A DNA stretch of 64,000 nucleotides from an uncultured bacterium (GCA_963713855.1 OY970209.1:608001-672000), one strand, 5' to 3'. Numbered from the stretch's first letter, positions 53,666 to 64,000 are shown. Numbers and translations: made by a program. Notes: generated by a model from the letters alone, not told the origin.

Positions 53666-54493
53666 ATGCGAAAAATCTTTAAGCTAATTTGCTTATTGGG
53701 TGTAGCTACCTGTATGTCTGCTCAAGGGACCGAAGAGATAGCTCATAGAAAGCTTGCGAGCGGGATTATATCTGCGACCGGAGCTTTTGCATCAGTAGCT
53801 TTGGCAAAGAGTCCTAAATTAAGCGAAAAGGGACTATCGTTTCTCGGTTTTAACCTGGACGAAGCTCAAACACTCATAAACCTTTTTACGGTTTTGAACA
53901 GCTTAGAATTGCTTGGCTTTAAAACACTAGATTGGTTGCCCGTTCTTGCTATGGCTATAGGCATAATAAAGTTATCTAATTATGCAAAACATTCTTTTGG
54001 TGATGTAATACCGCCTTCGATGCAAAAATATGTAGCGCTTGCAGTAGCCTTTCAGTTTATTACCCTTTTTAGTGCTTTGAAGCTTTTTGAAATCGAAGGG
54101 CGGGTGTCTAAAGCGATGTCTGATTTTATGGGAATGTTTTTCGCTATATTCGGGGCTTTTAAGCTCATGGATTATCAGGCTTTTGTAAATAAGTATAAAG
54201 AATACGACCTTATTGCGATGCGAAGTGCCATCTATGCCCAGATGTACCCCTTTATCGAAATAGCCCTTGGCAGTATGTATCTGAGCAACGTTTCCGGACG
54301 ACTCATTAACATCTTGACTACGATACTTTCTACTGTTGGAGTTTTGAGTGCATTGAGAAAAATACGAAGTGGTTCCCATTGTTGCGAATGTAAATGCATG
54401 GGCTCAGCTCTTAATGTTCCGGTCGGTCTGGTTACCGTTAGCGAAAATGTCATCATGCTAGCTATGGCTCTTGTGATGATCTTTGGCGAGTAA
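53666..54493 (+). CDS. MauE/DoxX-family membrane protein
   Basis: FMGMFFAIFGAFKL, YDLIA, YPFIEIALG, CKCMG..LNVPVGLVTVSEN. Confidence 0.8.
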   Translation: MRKIFKLICLLGVATCMSAQGTEEIAHRKLASGIISATGAFASVALAKSPKLSEKGLSFLGFNLDEAQTLINLFTVLNSLELLGFKTLDWLPVLAMAIGIIKLSNYAKHSFGDVIPPSMQKYVALAVAFQFITLFSALKLFEIEGRVSKAMSDFMGMFFAIFGAFKLMDYQAFVNKYKEYDLIAMRSAIYAQMYPFIEIALGSMYLSNVSGRLINILTTILSTVGVLSALRKIRSGSHCCECKCMGSALNVPVGLVTVSENVIMLAMALVMIFGE

Positions 54494-55050
54494 GGAATAG
54501 ACCAAAGAATAATAAGGATCCCTTTACGGTGGTATTTTTGCTCATAGATTTTTCAGCAAGCCTGAACTTTTTATAAGGATCGAACGTTGATGTGGCTATT
54601 TCAACAAGGTTTTTTTCTTAAACCATCGACTGTTATCGGTGAGAAATGTCTAAATTATTAATGGTTTATTCTGCCATACCTGGAATTTTATGCTATTTTG
54701 TCTCAAGTGCTTAATCAGCACAGAGAATAGCGTTGATTTTAAGAGACCTAACAGATGCGCACGACCGCTTTAGCAAATTTCCAGTGATTGGTATTTTTGG
54801 TTCTCGCCAATCGAGAGAAAACCACTCAGGTGGCACGACATGCCGATATCAAAGACTGCGTGCTTGTGCTCGTAATATTTAGCGAATTCACCTGACACGT
54901 GAACGAAAAATTGATGAATTTTTAGCAGACTAAGTGTCTCAAAATAAGCAACAATTAAGCAATAAGAACATAAAGAAATTTTTTAAGAGCTCTTTTATTG
55001 TGGGTAAGTGAAAAAGTCCTGGAACTTTAGTCTTGGGAGTATTTTGATCA

Positions 55051-55278
55051 TTAACTTCTTAAGACAGCATCCATCGAGAAATCTGGGAAAAGTTGCTTAA
55101 CTTTCGAAATAATTTTCAAGTTTGGATTACACTTTATAGATTCAAGCCTTTGATAGCTATAGATTTGTTCAAAACCCATTCTTCTTGCCGCTTCCTTTTG
55201 AGTAAGTCCGCTCAAAATTCTGCATCTTCTCACTTGCAATGAAAAAGCCATTTCGGGATCAACTTCAATGGCAACCAA
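55051..55278 (-). CDS. XRE-type HTH protein, probably the C-terminal half of a HicB-like antitoxin
   Basis: GLTQKEAARRMG..IYSYQRLE...NPNL, preceded by a VDPEMAFSL linker. Confidence 0.6.
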   Translation of the reverse strand: MVAIEVDPEMAFSLQVRRCRILSGLTQKEAARRMGFEQIYSYQRLESIKCNPNLKIISKVKQLFPDFSMDAVLRS

Positions 55279-55368
55279 AGATCGTAGACGATAGCTCTAG
55301 AAGCCTTAAAGAGGAGATGTGCGATTTTAATCTTACGAACATTCTTGGGCTTTTATAATGTTTCGGAT

Positions 55369-56456
55369 TCAGGTGCACGTAAATACATCTATATCGTTAT
55401 CAACTCCGCCAACAAAAAAGGATTCAGTCGGCGAATAGGCGATCGAGCTCATTAATTTTGGGTGCTCTTCGCTCAGCGGATAGCTACCATCTAGTGTAAG
55501 CACTCCCTGGTTACTTACTTTGAACAAAGTGATATTAAACGTGATACCATATCGAGAGGAAGCAAAGACGAGGTAATCACTAGCAGGTGAAAAAGATAAA
55601 AGCTTCTCTCCATGATTATACGGAATGTATGATGTAGCTTTGCTTAACTTGCCATCGGGGCTTACGGCAAACATTGTAATACTTGCTCCCTCATCATTGG
55701 CAGTTGCAAGATATCTACCACTCGGGATAAATGCCACTGATTGAGGAACACTAGCATCAGCTGGCAAAGCGTACGAAACAGGCTGACTTAATTTTCCCTC
55801 AAATTCGACCTTAAAAATGGTCACGTTATTCGTCATAAAATTTGACGTTGCAACATATAAACCATTAGGAGAAAATGCAACCGATCCTAAACTGGGACCT
55901 TGATGGGTACTAATGTGGTACCGTAGTTTAATTCCCCCCCTTGTAGCACAATAAAGATGGTTACATCGCCTAGCGGTTCACGAAATAGCCACTGATTTGC
56001 TGTGACAAGATACCTTCCGTCGGGAGAGAGCGCCATCGAAGCGATTGGCGCAGAACCAGGTGGTAAATATGTAATGATAGGATTTACAAGTGCTCCATTA
56101 TCGAGATCAAATGCCACGATATTATAAGAATCTCTATTAGCTGTATAAACATACTTGCCATCAGGCGAAAATACTATCGCCAAGGGAGCCAAACATCCGG
56201 GTGGCAAAGGATACGTCATAGCATTATCAAGGCGACCACCTTGAAGGACATTATAGAGTATAACTGTGTTTGATGATGTATCACAGCTAGCAAGATATTG
56301 GCCATCCGGCGAGAAGGCGATTGCATTTGCTTGCTTAGAACCATATGGCAGAGGATATGAGGTGATATTAAATGAACAATTACCAGCTGCCATTGCAGTT
56401 ACACATACCAATAAGGCACAGATTACGGAAGCTTTTTTCATTAGCTCATCCTCCAA
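55369..56456 (-). pseudogene. Secreted beta-propeller repeat protein split by a frameshift (ORFs 55887-56456 and 55369-55836)
   Basis: The frame of the second ORF extends upstream as YHISTHQGPSLGSVAFSPNGLYVATSNF; the shift lies near a G7 tract (C7 at 55934-55940). Confidence 0.8.
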
Positions 56457-56570
56457 GGCTCGGGAGATATTTTACTTTTGCTCACGACAATAGAGCTTGA
56501 ACGTTTGGGAATTAATCCCCAAAGACCTTTTACAAGAACTCTATCTTTATAACACACCAGATAAAAATAG

Positions 56571-58697
56571 CTATTTTTTTATTGTAATAAACACTAAATC
56601 CTTATTGCCCGCGTGTAAGCGCATTTCAGCCACACAACAATTTGGAGTATGGTGCATAACCTGCGTGTAATAAGCGATAAGGGTTTTCATGACAGCGCCA
56701 TGTGTAACGATGGCAATCGTTTTTCCCTGGTGCTTTCGAGCGATATTTTTAAGAAATTTCTCGACTCGATTAAACAAATGAGCCTTGGTTTCAGCATGAG
56801 GCACAGGATTATGATGCCAACGCTGCCATTGGTCGGGGTACTTAGATTCTAAATTGCGAAATGCTGCACCATAGAGCTTTTCATATTCTTCTTCGGGCAT
56901 ACCTTCCGCATCCCCCATGTTTTGCTCGCGCAAAGCCCGATTGGTAATAAGCTTTAAGCCAAAAGCATGCGCAATTGGTTCGGCCGTGCTAACCGCTCTT
57001 TTAAGGTCAGATGAATAGATTGCGTCTATTTTTGGGTAATGCTCCAGGAGCAGTTGTACGGCTTTTTTTGCTTGCTCTCTTCCAAGGTCATTAAGAGGAA
57101 TGTCAGAATATCCCTGGATTTTGTTTTGAACATTCCAATCAGTTTTGCCGTGACGGATGAGTAAAAAAGTAGTCGATTTATGCTCCAAATATTTCTTATT
57201 CGGAGCACAAGCTTGCAAGATGCCGGTATTACTTTGTGGATTCCTGGTTATAGTGCTCAATAACGCGTTATGGTCGGATAGAGATTCTTCGGGGTTTTTT
57301 TCGTCATACATAACAATTCTATCGGTTTTTAAGGAGTAATGTGAATATGTAGGGGATTTAAAAAGCAAAGCGTAATCGATGCTTTTTCGCTTTACTGGAG
57401 GTGTTTTTATGCCCCACCAATAATCTGTAAAATCTGTAGCAGTCGGTTCGTGATTATAGGTGTCAATAAAATGTTCTTTTATGCTGCGTAGAGCACTTTC
57501 ATTACTGCCCCATTTAACATTCATATCTCCAACAAGAAGTAGAGGGGTCGTCTTGTCTTTTTGTGCGATACATTCAAGTCTTTCGATAATCTGCGTGATT
57601 TGCTCTTGCCTGAGCTTTTGATCTTTCAATCCGCTAAAAGGATAAAGGTGGGTGGTGACAATGCGTGCTACTGGTTTTCCTTTACTTACGACTTTACACT
57701 CAAAAAAGCCATAATTTCTCGAAGGTATATTGTTGGTAAAAGGGGTAAACGAAGGCTCTCTTAGTGGGTACTTGCTTGCAACAAAGAGCCCACTCGAAAT
57801 GCCTATAGAGTCCATAGTAAGGCCAACATTTTTTACTCCGATCTTACTATAAAAATAGGAATAGGTTTCTTTTAACCGATCATATAGCTCGTCCGCAAGT
57901 TCAGCATCAAAGACCTCTTGTAGGCAGATCACATCAGCGTCTATAGCTTTCAGTTTATTGATTATGTGGTCGATGCGTGTTTTCCAGGGCAGCATTCCTC
58001 CATATAAAAATGATAAATGACCTTTAAATCCGAGCATATTCCACGTCAAAACGGAAAGGGATTCTGATGCGGTTTTTTCTTCGGCGACGCCTTTTAAAAA
58101 GGTATAGGGTAATCGATAGTGGTTAATAACACTTTTTTCAAGAGTTGGGACTTTGGAAAGATCCATGCTTTTTATAAGTTCGTTAATATACTGCCATTGA
58201 GAGGCAGATAATGCTTTTGGAGAAGCAGCGACTCTTGCCACGTATTTTGTTAAAATGGCTTTGATGTCTGGATTACTGAATGCAGCTTTTAATGTTGCTT
58301 TCATCTTTTTTACCGCTGCGTTTGCGGCAAATAACACAGATTGATCCTGGGTTACCGTGCTCATTCCTTCGAGCATCCTCATGTTCGTTACAAAAGCTGT
58401 GCCCAGTCGATCCCATTCGAGAATGGTATTTTTAAAAGTTCTTTCTCTTTGAGCAATGAATGAGCGTATTCCACTTTCAAGCTCCGAAATAGAGCTATTG
58501 GAAAATTTGTCTATGTCCTCTACCGTTTTTGGAAAAGTAGCAAGTATTTCTTGCGTACTAGATTTAAAAGATTCGTGAGAACTTACCGTATTTAAGGTGG
58601 CTGGGATGATAGAAAACGTTAAGAAGGATAGTAACGTAAGAAGAAGAGTTGGATGTAAAGCGAATTTCTTCCAGACTGACTTTTTTATGTTATGCAT
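56571..58697 (-). CDS. Secreted fusion: helical N-domain, EEP (sphingomyelinase-like) domain and histidine phosphatase
   Basis: LTWN, DVICLQEVF, SSGL, TTHL, GDMN, IDY, SDH (EEP); LIRHGKT, SSDLKRA, LRE, VTHG (His phosphatase). Confidence 0.88.
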   Translation of the reverse strand: MHNIKKSVWKKFALHPTLLLTLLSFLTFSIIPATLNTVSSHESFKSSTQEILATFPKTVEDIDKFSNSSISELESGIRSFIAQRERTFKNTILEWDRLGTAFVTNMRMLEGMSTVTQDQSVLFAANAAVKKMKATLKAAFSNPDIKAILTKYVARVAASPKALSASQWQYINELIKSMDLSKVPTLEKSVINHYRLPYTFLKGVAEEKTASESLSVLTWNMLGFKGHLSFLYGGMLPWKTRIDHIINKLKAIDADVICLQEVFDAELADELYDRLKETYSYFYSKIGVKNVGLTMDSIGISSGLFVASKYPLREPSFTPFTNNIPSRNYGFFECKVVSKGKPVARIVTTHLYPFSGLKDQKLRQEQITQIIERLECIAQKDKTTPLLLVGDMNVKWGSNESALRSIKEHFIDTYNHEPTATDFTDYWWGIKTPPVKRKSIDYALLFKSPTYSHYSLKTDRIVMYDEKNPEESLSDHNALLSTITRNPQSNTGILQACAPNKKYLEHKSTTFLLIRHGKTDWNVQNKIQGYSDIPLNDLGREQAKKAVQLLLEHYPKIDAIYSSDLKRAVSTAEPIAHAFGLKLITNRALREQNMGDAEGMPEEEYEKLYGAAFRNLESKYPDQWQRWHHNPVPHAETKAHLFNRVEKFLKNIARKHQGKTIAIVTHGAVMKTLIAYYTQVMHHTPNCCVAEMRLHAGNKDLVFITIKK

Positions 58698-58762
58698 AGC
58701 TATTCTTTCGCTTATAATGATTGGGCAAAAGGCATTTATGTCATTATTTTACTCAAAAACTG

Positions 58763-58788
58763 ACGCTAAGTTAAGAGTTGCTAAGTTG
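58763..58788 (+). repeat. 26-bp direct repeat, copy 1
   Basis: ACGCTAAGTTAAGAGTTGCTAAGTTG; 24/26 identical to 62648-62673. Confidence 0.7.
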
Positions 58789-58910
58789 CAAAGCTTTCTA
58801 AAAAGCGAGGACTCTGAGCTTAATTTCTGCCTCCAAAAGTGCATCTGATCGTTGCGTGGCTGATCAAAAAATAGTATCTTGTTGCAAAGTTCAAGAAAAA
58901 GAGGATTGTA

Positions 58911-60275
58911 ATGAATATGAGAACTCGCGTCTACACATTGGTATTCTTATTTCTTAGTCAAGCTTCACAAGCATATGATGGTCAACTTGATCAGACTTTC
59001 GGAGGGAATGGAACTATTTCGAGTAATTTTGATGGGTTCTATGATTTTGCAAATGGCTTAGCTCTTCAACGAGATGGCAAGATTCTTGCAGCGGGACAAA
59101 TAGGAGACAAGAAATTACCCGTTTTTGCTCTTGCTCGCTATCTTTTTAATGGTACGCTAGATGGCTCTTTTAATCCTCAAGGAAAAATTCCAGGACTTGT
59201 TGTAACAAACTTTGGCAATAAGTTTAGAAAAGCGCAAGCTCAAGCAGCACTCGTGCAAGAAGACGCAAAAATTCTTGTTGCGGGTTATGTTACTGATATT
59301 AATAGCTTATCTAGTTTTGCACTAGCACGATATAACCAGAATGGCACGCTTGATGCGTCGTTTAACGCCGAGGGTGCAATACCAGGGACTATCGTTACTG
59401 ATTCTCTTAAAGTGGGCCAGGCATACAGGGTGGCTCTACAATCAGATGGCAAAATAGCCGTAATGGGAAATAGCATGAATGCTTTTGCTGTTGCGCTTTA
59501 TACCAAAGATGGAATTCTTGATAAATCTTTTAACGGTACTGGAACAGCCACAATTGACTTTAGCCCTTTAAGCGCCTTCGGTACGGGCGGCAGCATACAA
59601 CAAGATGATAAAATCATCATTGCAGGATACCTAACTCAACTTTTTGGATCGCCCTCTTATGCGGTAGCACGTTATACTCAAGATGGCCACTTGGACACAA
59701 GTTTTAATCAAAATGGCAAGCGCCCGGGCGTTCTTGTTGATACTTTTAATAAAAATGCACAGGCTAGCATTGTGATGGATATGGTAATGCAAAAAGATGG
59801 AAAAATTATTGTCGTAGGTTGGGCAGACAACTGTTTTGCATTAGCGAGGTATAATTCAGATGGCACTCTCGATACATCATTCAATCCAGATTCCGAGTGC
59901 TTTAGTCCCGATTGTTGTGCAGTTGGTAAAGCAGGCGTAGTTCTTACCAGTTTTTCTTCTTTTTTAAGCGCTAAAGCACATGCTATTACCTTAGATGAAA
60001 ATGGCAATATGATCGTAGGTGGTTTAGCTGACGGACGAGCCAAAAATTTTGCCCTTGCGCGTTATTATCAGAATGGAAGCCTGGACACCTCATTCCATCC
60101 GAATGGCAAACAACCAGGAACCGTGGTTACCAGTTTTGGTGGATCAAGCAATGCCATAACAAGTATAGTGACGGATAACAAGGGACATCTTCTTGCTGCG
60201 GGCGCAACGAACGCCCCAGGAAATTACGCTTTTGCGTTAGCTCGTTACCTTTTAGACACTAGCGATGAGGAATAA
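58911..60275 (+). CDS. Secreted delta-60 repeat beta-propeller protein
   Basis: Repeated LQxDGKIxxAG...FALARYxxxGxLDxSFN. Confidence 0.9.
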   Translation: MNMRTRVYTLVFLFLSQASQAYDGQLDQTFGGNGTISSNFDGFYDFANGLALQRDGKILAAGQIGDKKLPVFALARYLFNGTLDGSFNPQGKIPGLVVTNFGNKFRKAQAQAALVQEDAKILVAGYVTDINSLSSFALARYNQNGTLDASFNAEGAIPGTIVTDSLKVGQAYRVALQSDGKIAVMGNSMNAFAVALYTKDGILDKSFNGTGTATIDFSPLSAFGTGGSIQQDDKIIIAGYLTQLFGSPSYAVARYTQDGHLDTSFNQNGKRPGVLVDTFNKNAQASIVMDMVMQKDGKIIVVGWADNCFALARYNSDGTLDTSFNPDSECFSPDCCAVGKAGVVLTSFSSFLSAKAHAITLDENGNMIVGGLADGRAKNFALARYYQNGSLDTSFHPNGKQPGTVVTSFGGSSNAITSIVTDNKGHLLAAGATNAPGNYAFALARYLLDTSDEE

Positions 60276-60378
60276 CGCTCCAAATGTGATTCCGAGTAGA
60301 TTTAACCGATATTGATTGGTAAGAAAATTTGGACGATAACGTTGCTTCTTTGAAAAACTATACTGTTGATCCAGTTAA

Positions 60379-61491
60379 TTGGAGAAAATTATGAAAATAA
60401 ACAATAACATCCTGTCCATTTTAGTTCTGGCTTTTTTAGTAGGGCATTCAGTCTTTTCTATCAGCTTGCCTTGTAGTTCTTCTTATCTTCTGCCTCCCGA
60501 CTCACAAAATCCTCGTTCGGTAGCGTTCTCGCAAGATGGACTTTTTCTTGCTACAGCAAACTACAATACAAAAAATGTTACGTTGTTCGCCATAAGTAAT
60601 GGGATGCTAAGTAAGGGAACTTCCTATGCTTTACCAGCCATTTATTATCCTTATTCTCGTGATCCGCAGTCAGTAGTATTCTTGCCAAACGCTCTTGTTG
60701 TCGGGGATGCTATCGGAGATATTGTTGTATTTATGCTTAAGGATGGATTGTTGAGTGATGCATCTGCTTATTACCCTCGTGGCGGTCCGCATGACGTTTT
60801 GTCTGCAGTGACTTTTGTAGCATTGTCACCAAATGCTCAATACCTTGCCGCTGCAGTTGACTATAATAATGTGGTGATATTTCAAGTGAATAAAAATGGA
60901 ACGTTAGGCAGCCAGTCACTTTATAATACACCAGAACAATTAGGTTCCCATTCGGTTGCTTTTTCAAAGGATGGAACGGCTCTTTGCACCGCCAATACGC
61001 CGTCAAATACTATAAGTGTATTTCCGGTATATTCAAATGGCACATTAGGTTCTGCTGTTTCTAATCAATTACCTTCTCAATCACATGAACCTTTATTAGC
61101 AGTATTTTCACCTGACGGAAACTGTATTGCGACTGCTAATTGGCAATCAGATGATGTGAGCATGATTAGCTCACATAATAGCACTTCTTATCATCTTCCT
61201 TCTGGATCAACGAGTCCTCGCTCAATAGCATTTTCGCCTGACGGAAAATATCTTGTTACCGCAAATGGTGATTCACATGATTTTACATTATTCATGGTGA
61301 GCTCAAATTGTACCTTAGGCAATGAAAAATCTTATCCTTTACCCGATAGTTCTAAAGGACCCTCTACATCAATTGCTTTTTCACCGGATGGTGGGTTCTT
61401 TGCAATCGCTAATCCCAATTCAAATGATGTCAGTATTTTTCAACTTGCTTGCTATATCAAGCAATTGCAAGAGCAAGATAAGCTCACTTAA
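60379..61491 (+). CDS. Secreted single beta-propeller repeat protein
   Basis: Signal peptide and about 7 AFSPDG...TAN..S.DV units. Confidence 0.85.
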   Translation: MEKIMKINNNILSILVLAFLVGHSVFSISLPCSSSYLLPPDSQNPRSVAFSQDGLFLATANYNTKNVTLFAISNGMLSKGTSYALPAIYYPYSRDPQSVVFLPNALVVGDAIGDIVVFMLKDGLLSDASAYYPRGGPHDVLSAVTFVALSPNAQYLAAAVDYNNVVIFQVNKNGTLGSQSLYNTPEQLGSHSVAFSKDGTALCTANTPSNTISVFPVYSNGTLGSAVSNQLPSQSHEPLLAVFSPDGNCIATANWQSDDVSMISSHNSTSYHLPSGSTSPRSIAFSPDGKYLVTANGDSHDFTLFMVSSNCTLGNEKSYPLPDSSKGPSTSIAFSPDGGFFAIANPNSNDVSIFQLACYIKQLQEQDKLT

Positions 61492-61536
61492 AAAGAGTTT
61501 GAAAACGGCTAGGATTACTACACAAAGGGTTTATAA

Positions 61537-62637
61537 ATGAAGATAATTGCTTTACTTACTGCATTATTAGCAATCGTGATCAGCGCAAAAATGGATGCAG
61601 CTTGTTATCTAAATGGTACATCATATGACTTACCGCCTAACTCTAAAACTCCTAATTCGGTGGCATTTGTGCCCAATGGTGTACATTTGGTCACCGCTAA
61701 TTTTGCCTCAAATGATGTCACAATATTTAACATAACAGTAAATGGAAACTTGAATAAAGGCATGTCTTATGATTTGCCCGATGGTTCTACTTATCCCTTA
61801 TGTGTAGCAGTTTCACCTGACGGAACTTATCTTGTCACTGCAAATTCTCTTTCTAATGATGTAACATTATTTAGCATGAAAAAGGGAGGAATCTTAAGCA
61901 ACGGCACCTCCTACGAATTACCCGCTCATTCTTTGCCATCTTTCGTGGCGTTTTCACCTAATAGCTCCTACGTTACTACTGCTAATAGTGGCTTCGGTTC
62001 GAATTCGGCGGCGGTATTTGCTCTAGAAAAGGGTGCTCTCAGCGGTGGTGCCTTGTATCATTTGCCTACCGGGTCGATGGCGCCTAAATGCGTTGCCTTT
62101 TCGCCCAGCGGAGAATATCTTGCTACCGCTAATTATGATTCTAACGATGTGACAGTATTTATGGTAGGGAATGACGGCATTCTAAGTGATGGCTTGTCCT
62201 ATGAATTACCGCCTCACAGTACCCCGCAGTCGGTAACATTTTCCCCCGATGGTAACTATCTTGCTATTGCAGGTGCTCAATCTAATAGCGTGACGATATT
62301 TAGGGTTCAACAGAAAGGAACTCTAAGCGACGGTATTTCATATCATTTGCCTGTGGGATCATCACGTCCCGTTTCAATAGCGTTTTCACCGAATGGAGCG
62401 TATCTCGCTACTGCTAATGCTGATTCTGACGATATAACAGTTTTTAGTGTTGGCAAAGGAGGTATCTTAATGAATGGGACTTCCTATACGCTGCCTTCCG
62501 GCTCCCACAACCCTTACTCGGTAGCATTTTCGCTAAGCAGTCCTTATGTTGCTACCGCTAACGGATCAAATGATGTTACGATCTTTGTTTTAAGCAGCTG
62601 CTTTTTAAATGATGAAGTATACCTTGTTGATAACTAA
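61537..62637 (+). CDS. Secreted single beta-propeller repeat protein
   Basis: Signal peptide and 7 regular SYxLPxGSxxPxxVAFSPxGxYLxTAN units. Confidence 0.87.
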   Translation: MKIIALLTALLAIVISAKMDAACYLNGTSYDLPPNSKTPNSVAFVPNGVHLVTANFASNDVTIFNITVNGNLNKGMSYDLPDGSTYPLCVAVSPDGTYLVTANSLSNDVTLFSMKKGGILSNGTSYELPAHSLPSFVAFSPNSSYVTTANSGFGSNSAAVFALEKGALSGGALYHLPTGSMAPKCVAFSPSGEYLATANYDSNDVTVFMVGNDGILSDGLSYELPPHSTPQSVTFSPDGNYLAIAGAQSNSVTIFRVQQKGTLSDGISYHLPVGSSRPVSIAFSPNGAYLATANADSDDITVFSVGKGGILMNGTSYTLPSGSHNPYSVAFSLSSPYVATANGSNDVTIFVLSSCFLNDEVYLVDN

Positions 62638-62647
62638 TAAATTCATA

Positions 62648-62673
62648 ACGTTAAGTTAAGAGTTGCTAAGCTG
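62648..62673 (+). repeat. 26-bp direct repeat, copy 2
   Basis: ACGTTAAGTTAAGAGTTGCTAAGCTG. Confidence 0.7.
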
Positions 62674-62874
62674 GCTTGATACTGCCCCGAGCGCATAAAA
62701 AACCAATGTTACACCGCCTTTAAAATAGCTATACTATAATATAGCTTGTTAATAGAAAGAGTAAGGTTTCTAGTTAGCAATATCTGGGTTACCCACTATT
62801 TTATATCTCTACCTTTTAACAGGATAACAAGGCGATGGTCACTTTTTCCAAGTATTAATAGGAATTTAAGCAGA

Positions 62875-64000
62875 ATGAAAAAAGCATTTTTTTGTTTCAT
62901 TTTACTTTTCCACGCATGTGGCATAGTGGGAATGGAAGAGCCAGACTTTAAAAAAAAAGCAACAGACATCATAAATGAGCGATTTCCAAACCTTTTTACG
63001 GATATTCTTAACAAAAATGGGTGCCTTGAGGAATTTATTAAATTCGTTGAAGGTTTATCTGAGGATCTTGAACAGTATAGAGCTTTCATTGGGGTTTTGG
63101 TCAGAAGGGCTATAGAAGCCCCTGACTCTTTAGCTATTCTTGAATGGCTCGATCAAATGACAGTTGAACTTTTCCAATCGAACCAAATTCAAATTAGACA
63201 AATTAGAAAGTCTTCGGTTACATTTCTTAAAGGTGCTTACAAACTTGGTATACTCAATGAAGGTAGGCAATTTCTTTTAGCTACAATTGCTAAAATGGCT
63301 GCCGCGCTTGGCAAACTGGAGTTACTTGATTGGCTTATTAATTATGGTCAAAAGAAGGGTTTTAATAGTAAGCAATTAGCTAAGTTAATCTTATATGGTA
63401 GCAGCGACTTCGTAGAGACAGATGACGAAGGGGATCTATTTTTCGTTGCTACATGTTATTCGAGGGTTGAAGTTTTGCAGTGGCTTTTATCCCATTTTCC
63501 TTTTTTTAATCATGGACCTGCTTTAAGCGGCGCTGCCAGATATGCGGCTTTATACGGTCACGCTAATTTGCTTGGGTGGCTTATAGCTCATGGAGCAGAC
63601 GTAAATCCTAGAACACTTGACCGTCTTCTACATAGAGCAACAGTTATCGATGAAAATGAGGATGATTGCGCTCAAGCCAATCGCATCGAGATTTTTGAAA
63701 TGCTTTTAGCTCGTGGTGCTTCTATTGATTTTCAAGACGAGAATGGCTGTACGCCAATCGAATGCGCTCTTAAATGCATTGCAGACTTTGATGAAGGAAT
63801 AGATAAAGAGCCAAATAGTCCGCTTCCCTTGTACGAAGAAATAATGTGGTTAATTCTACACGGAGCCTCACCAGAAAAGCTCTTTTGTGATGCTCGTTTT
63901 ATACCTGTAGGCGAACCTGATCCTATCGATCCTCGAATTCATTATGGACACAGATTTTCTCAAAATCCACTTTTGTATGCAATAGTACGGGGGGAAACAC
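62875..64000 (+). CDS. Secreted ankyrin-repeat protein, runs off the window end (not in the ORF track)
   Basis: Manual translation: MKKAFFCFILLFHACGIVG-MEEPD...AALYGHANLLGWLIAHGADVN...MLLARGASIDFQDENGCTP. Confidence 0.85.
   Translation, partial: MKKAFFCFILLFHACGIVGMEEPDFKKKATDIINERFPNLFTDILNKNGCLEEFIKFVEGLSEDLEQYRAFIGVLVRRAIEAPDSLAILEWLDQMTVELFQSNQIQIRQIRKSSVTFLKGAYKLGILNEGRQFLLATIAKMAAALGKLELLDWLINYGQKKGFNSKQLAKLILYGSSDFVETDDEGDLFFVATCYSRVEVLQWLLSHFPFFNHGPALSGAARYAALYGHANLLGWLIAHGADVNPRTLDRLLHRATVIDENEDDCAQANRIEIFEMLLARGASIDFQDENGCTPIECALKCIADFDEGIDKEPNSPLPLYEEIMWLILHGASPEKLFCDARFIPVGEPDPIDPRIHYGHRFSQNPLLYAIVRGET

Noticed and set aside
54494..55050. ncRNA or mobile element in the long intergenic gap
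   Set aside because: No recognisable RNA motif, terminal inverted repeats or transposase remnant by eye.
62796..63089. Minus-strand 97-aa ORF
   Set aside because: Antisense to the ankyrin gene that starts at 62875 on the plus strand.

Overview
Bacterial genome segment. By inference it comes from an intracellular parasite of protists, most likely Candidatus Dependentiae/Babeliae (TM6), based on the expanded ankyrin and beta-propeller secreted proteins, the scattered ATP synthase gene and the Hint-toxin style. It opens inside a 23S rRNA gene interrupted by two group I introns at E. coli positions 1917 and 1951, which flank a 34-nt exon; the second encodes a LAGLIDADG homing endonuclease. The 5S rRNA follows. 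From 3.6 to 36.5 kb is an accessory, effector-rich region: beta-propeller repeat proteins (two of about 1100 aa with membrane anchors), a secreted NLS-bearing LHH nuclease next to dcd, a pLGIC-type channel, an RGG protein, ankyrin proteins (one with an F-box-like tail), a decayed mazEF, murA/atpG/yacP/tsaE, a frameshifted Hint-toxin with a likely immunity gene, and two small secreted hevein-like Cys peptides, one missing from the ORF track. From 36.8 to 53.4 kb is the core cluster tRNAs-rpmG-secE-nusG-rplKAJL-rpoBC-tRNA-Val-rpsO-pnp-rph. rpoB and rpoC carry three +1 frameshifts, probably sequence errors. The window ends with more accessory genes. The most novel-looking signals are the plant-type hevein peptides, the nucleus-targeted LHH DNase, and a recurrent signal peptide followed by Met-Glu on unrelated putative effectors.
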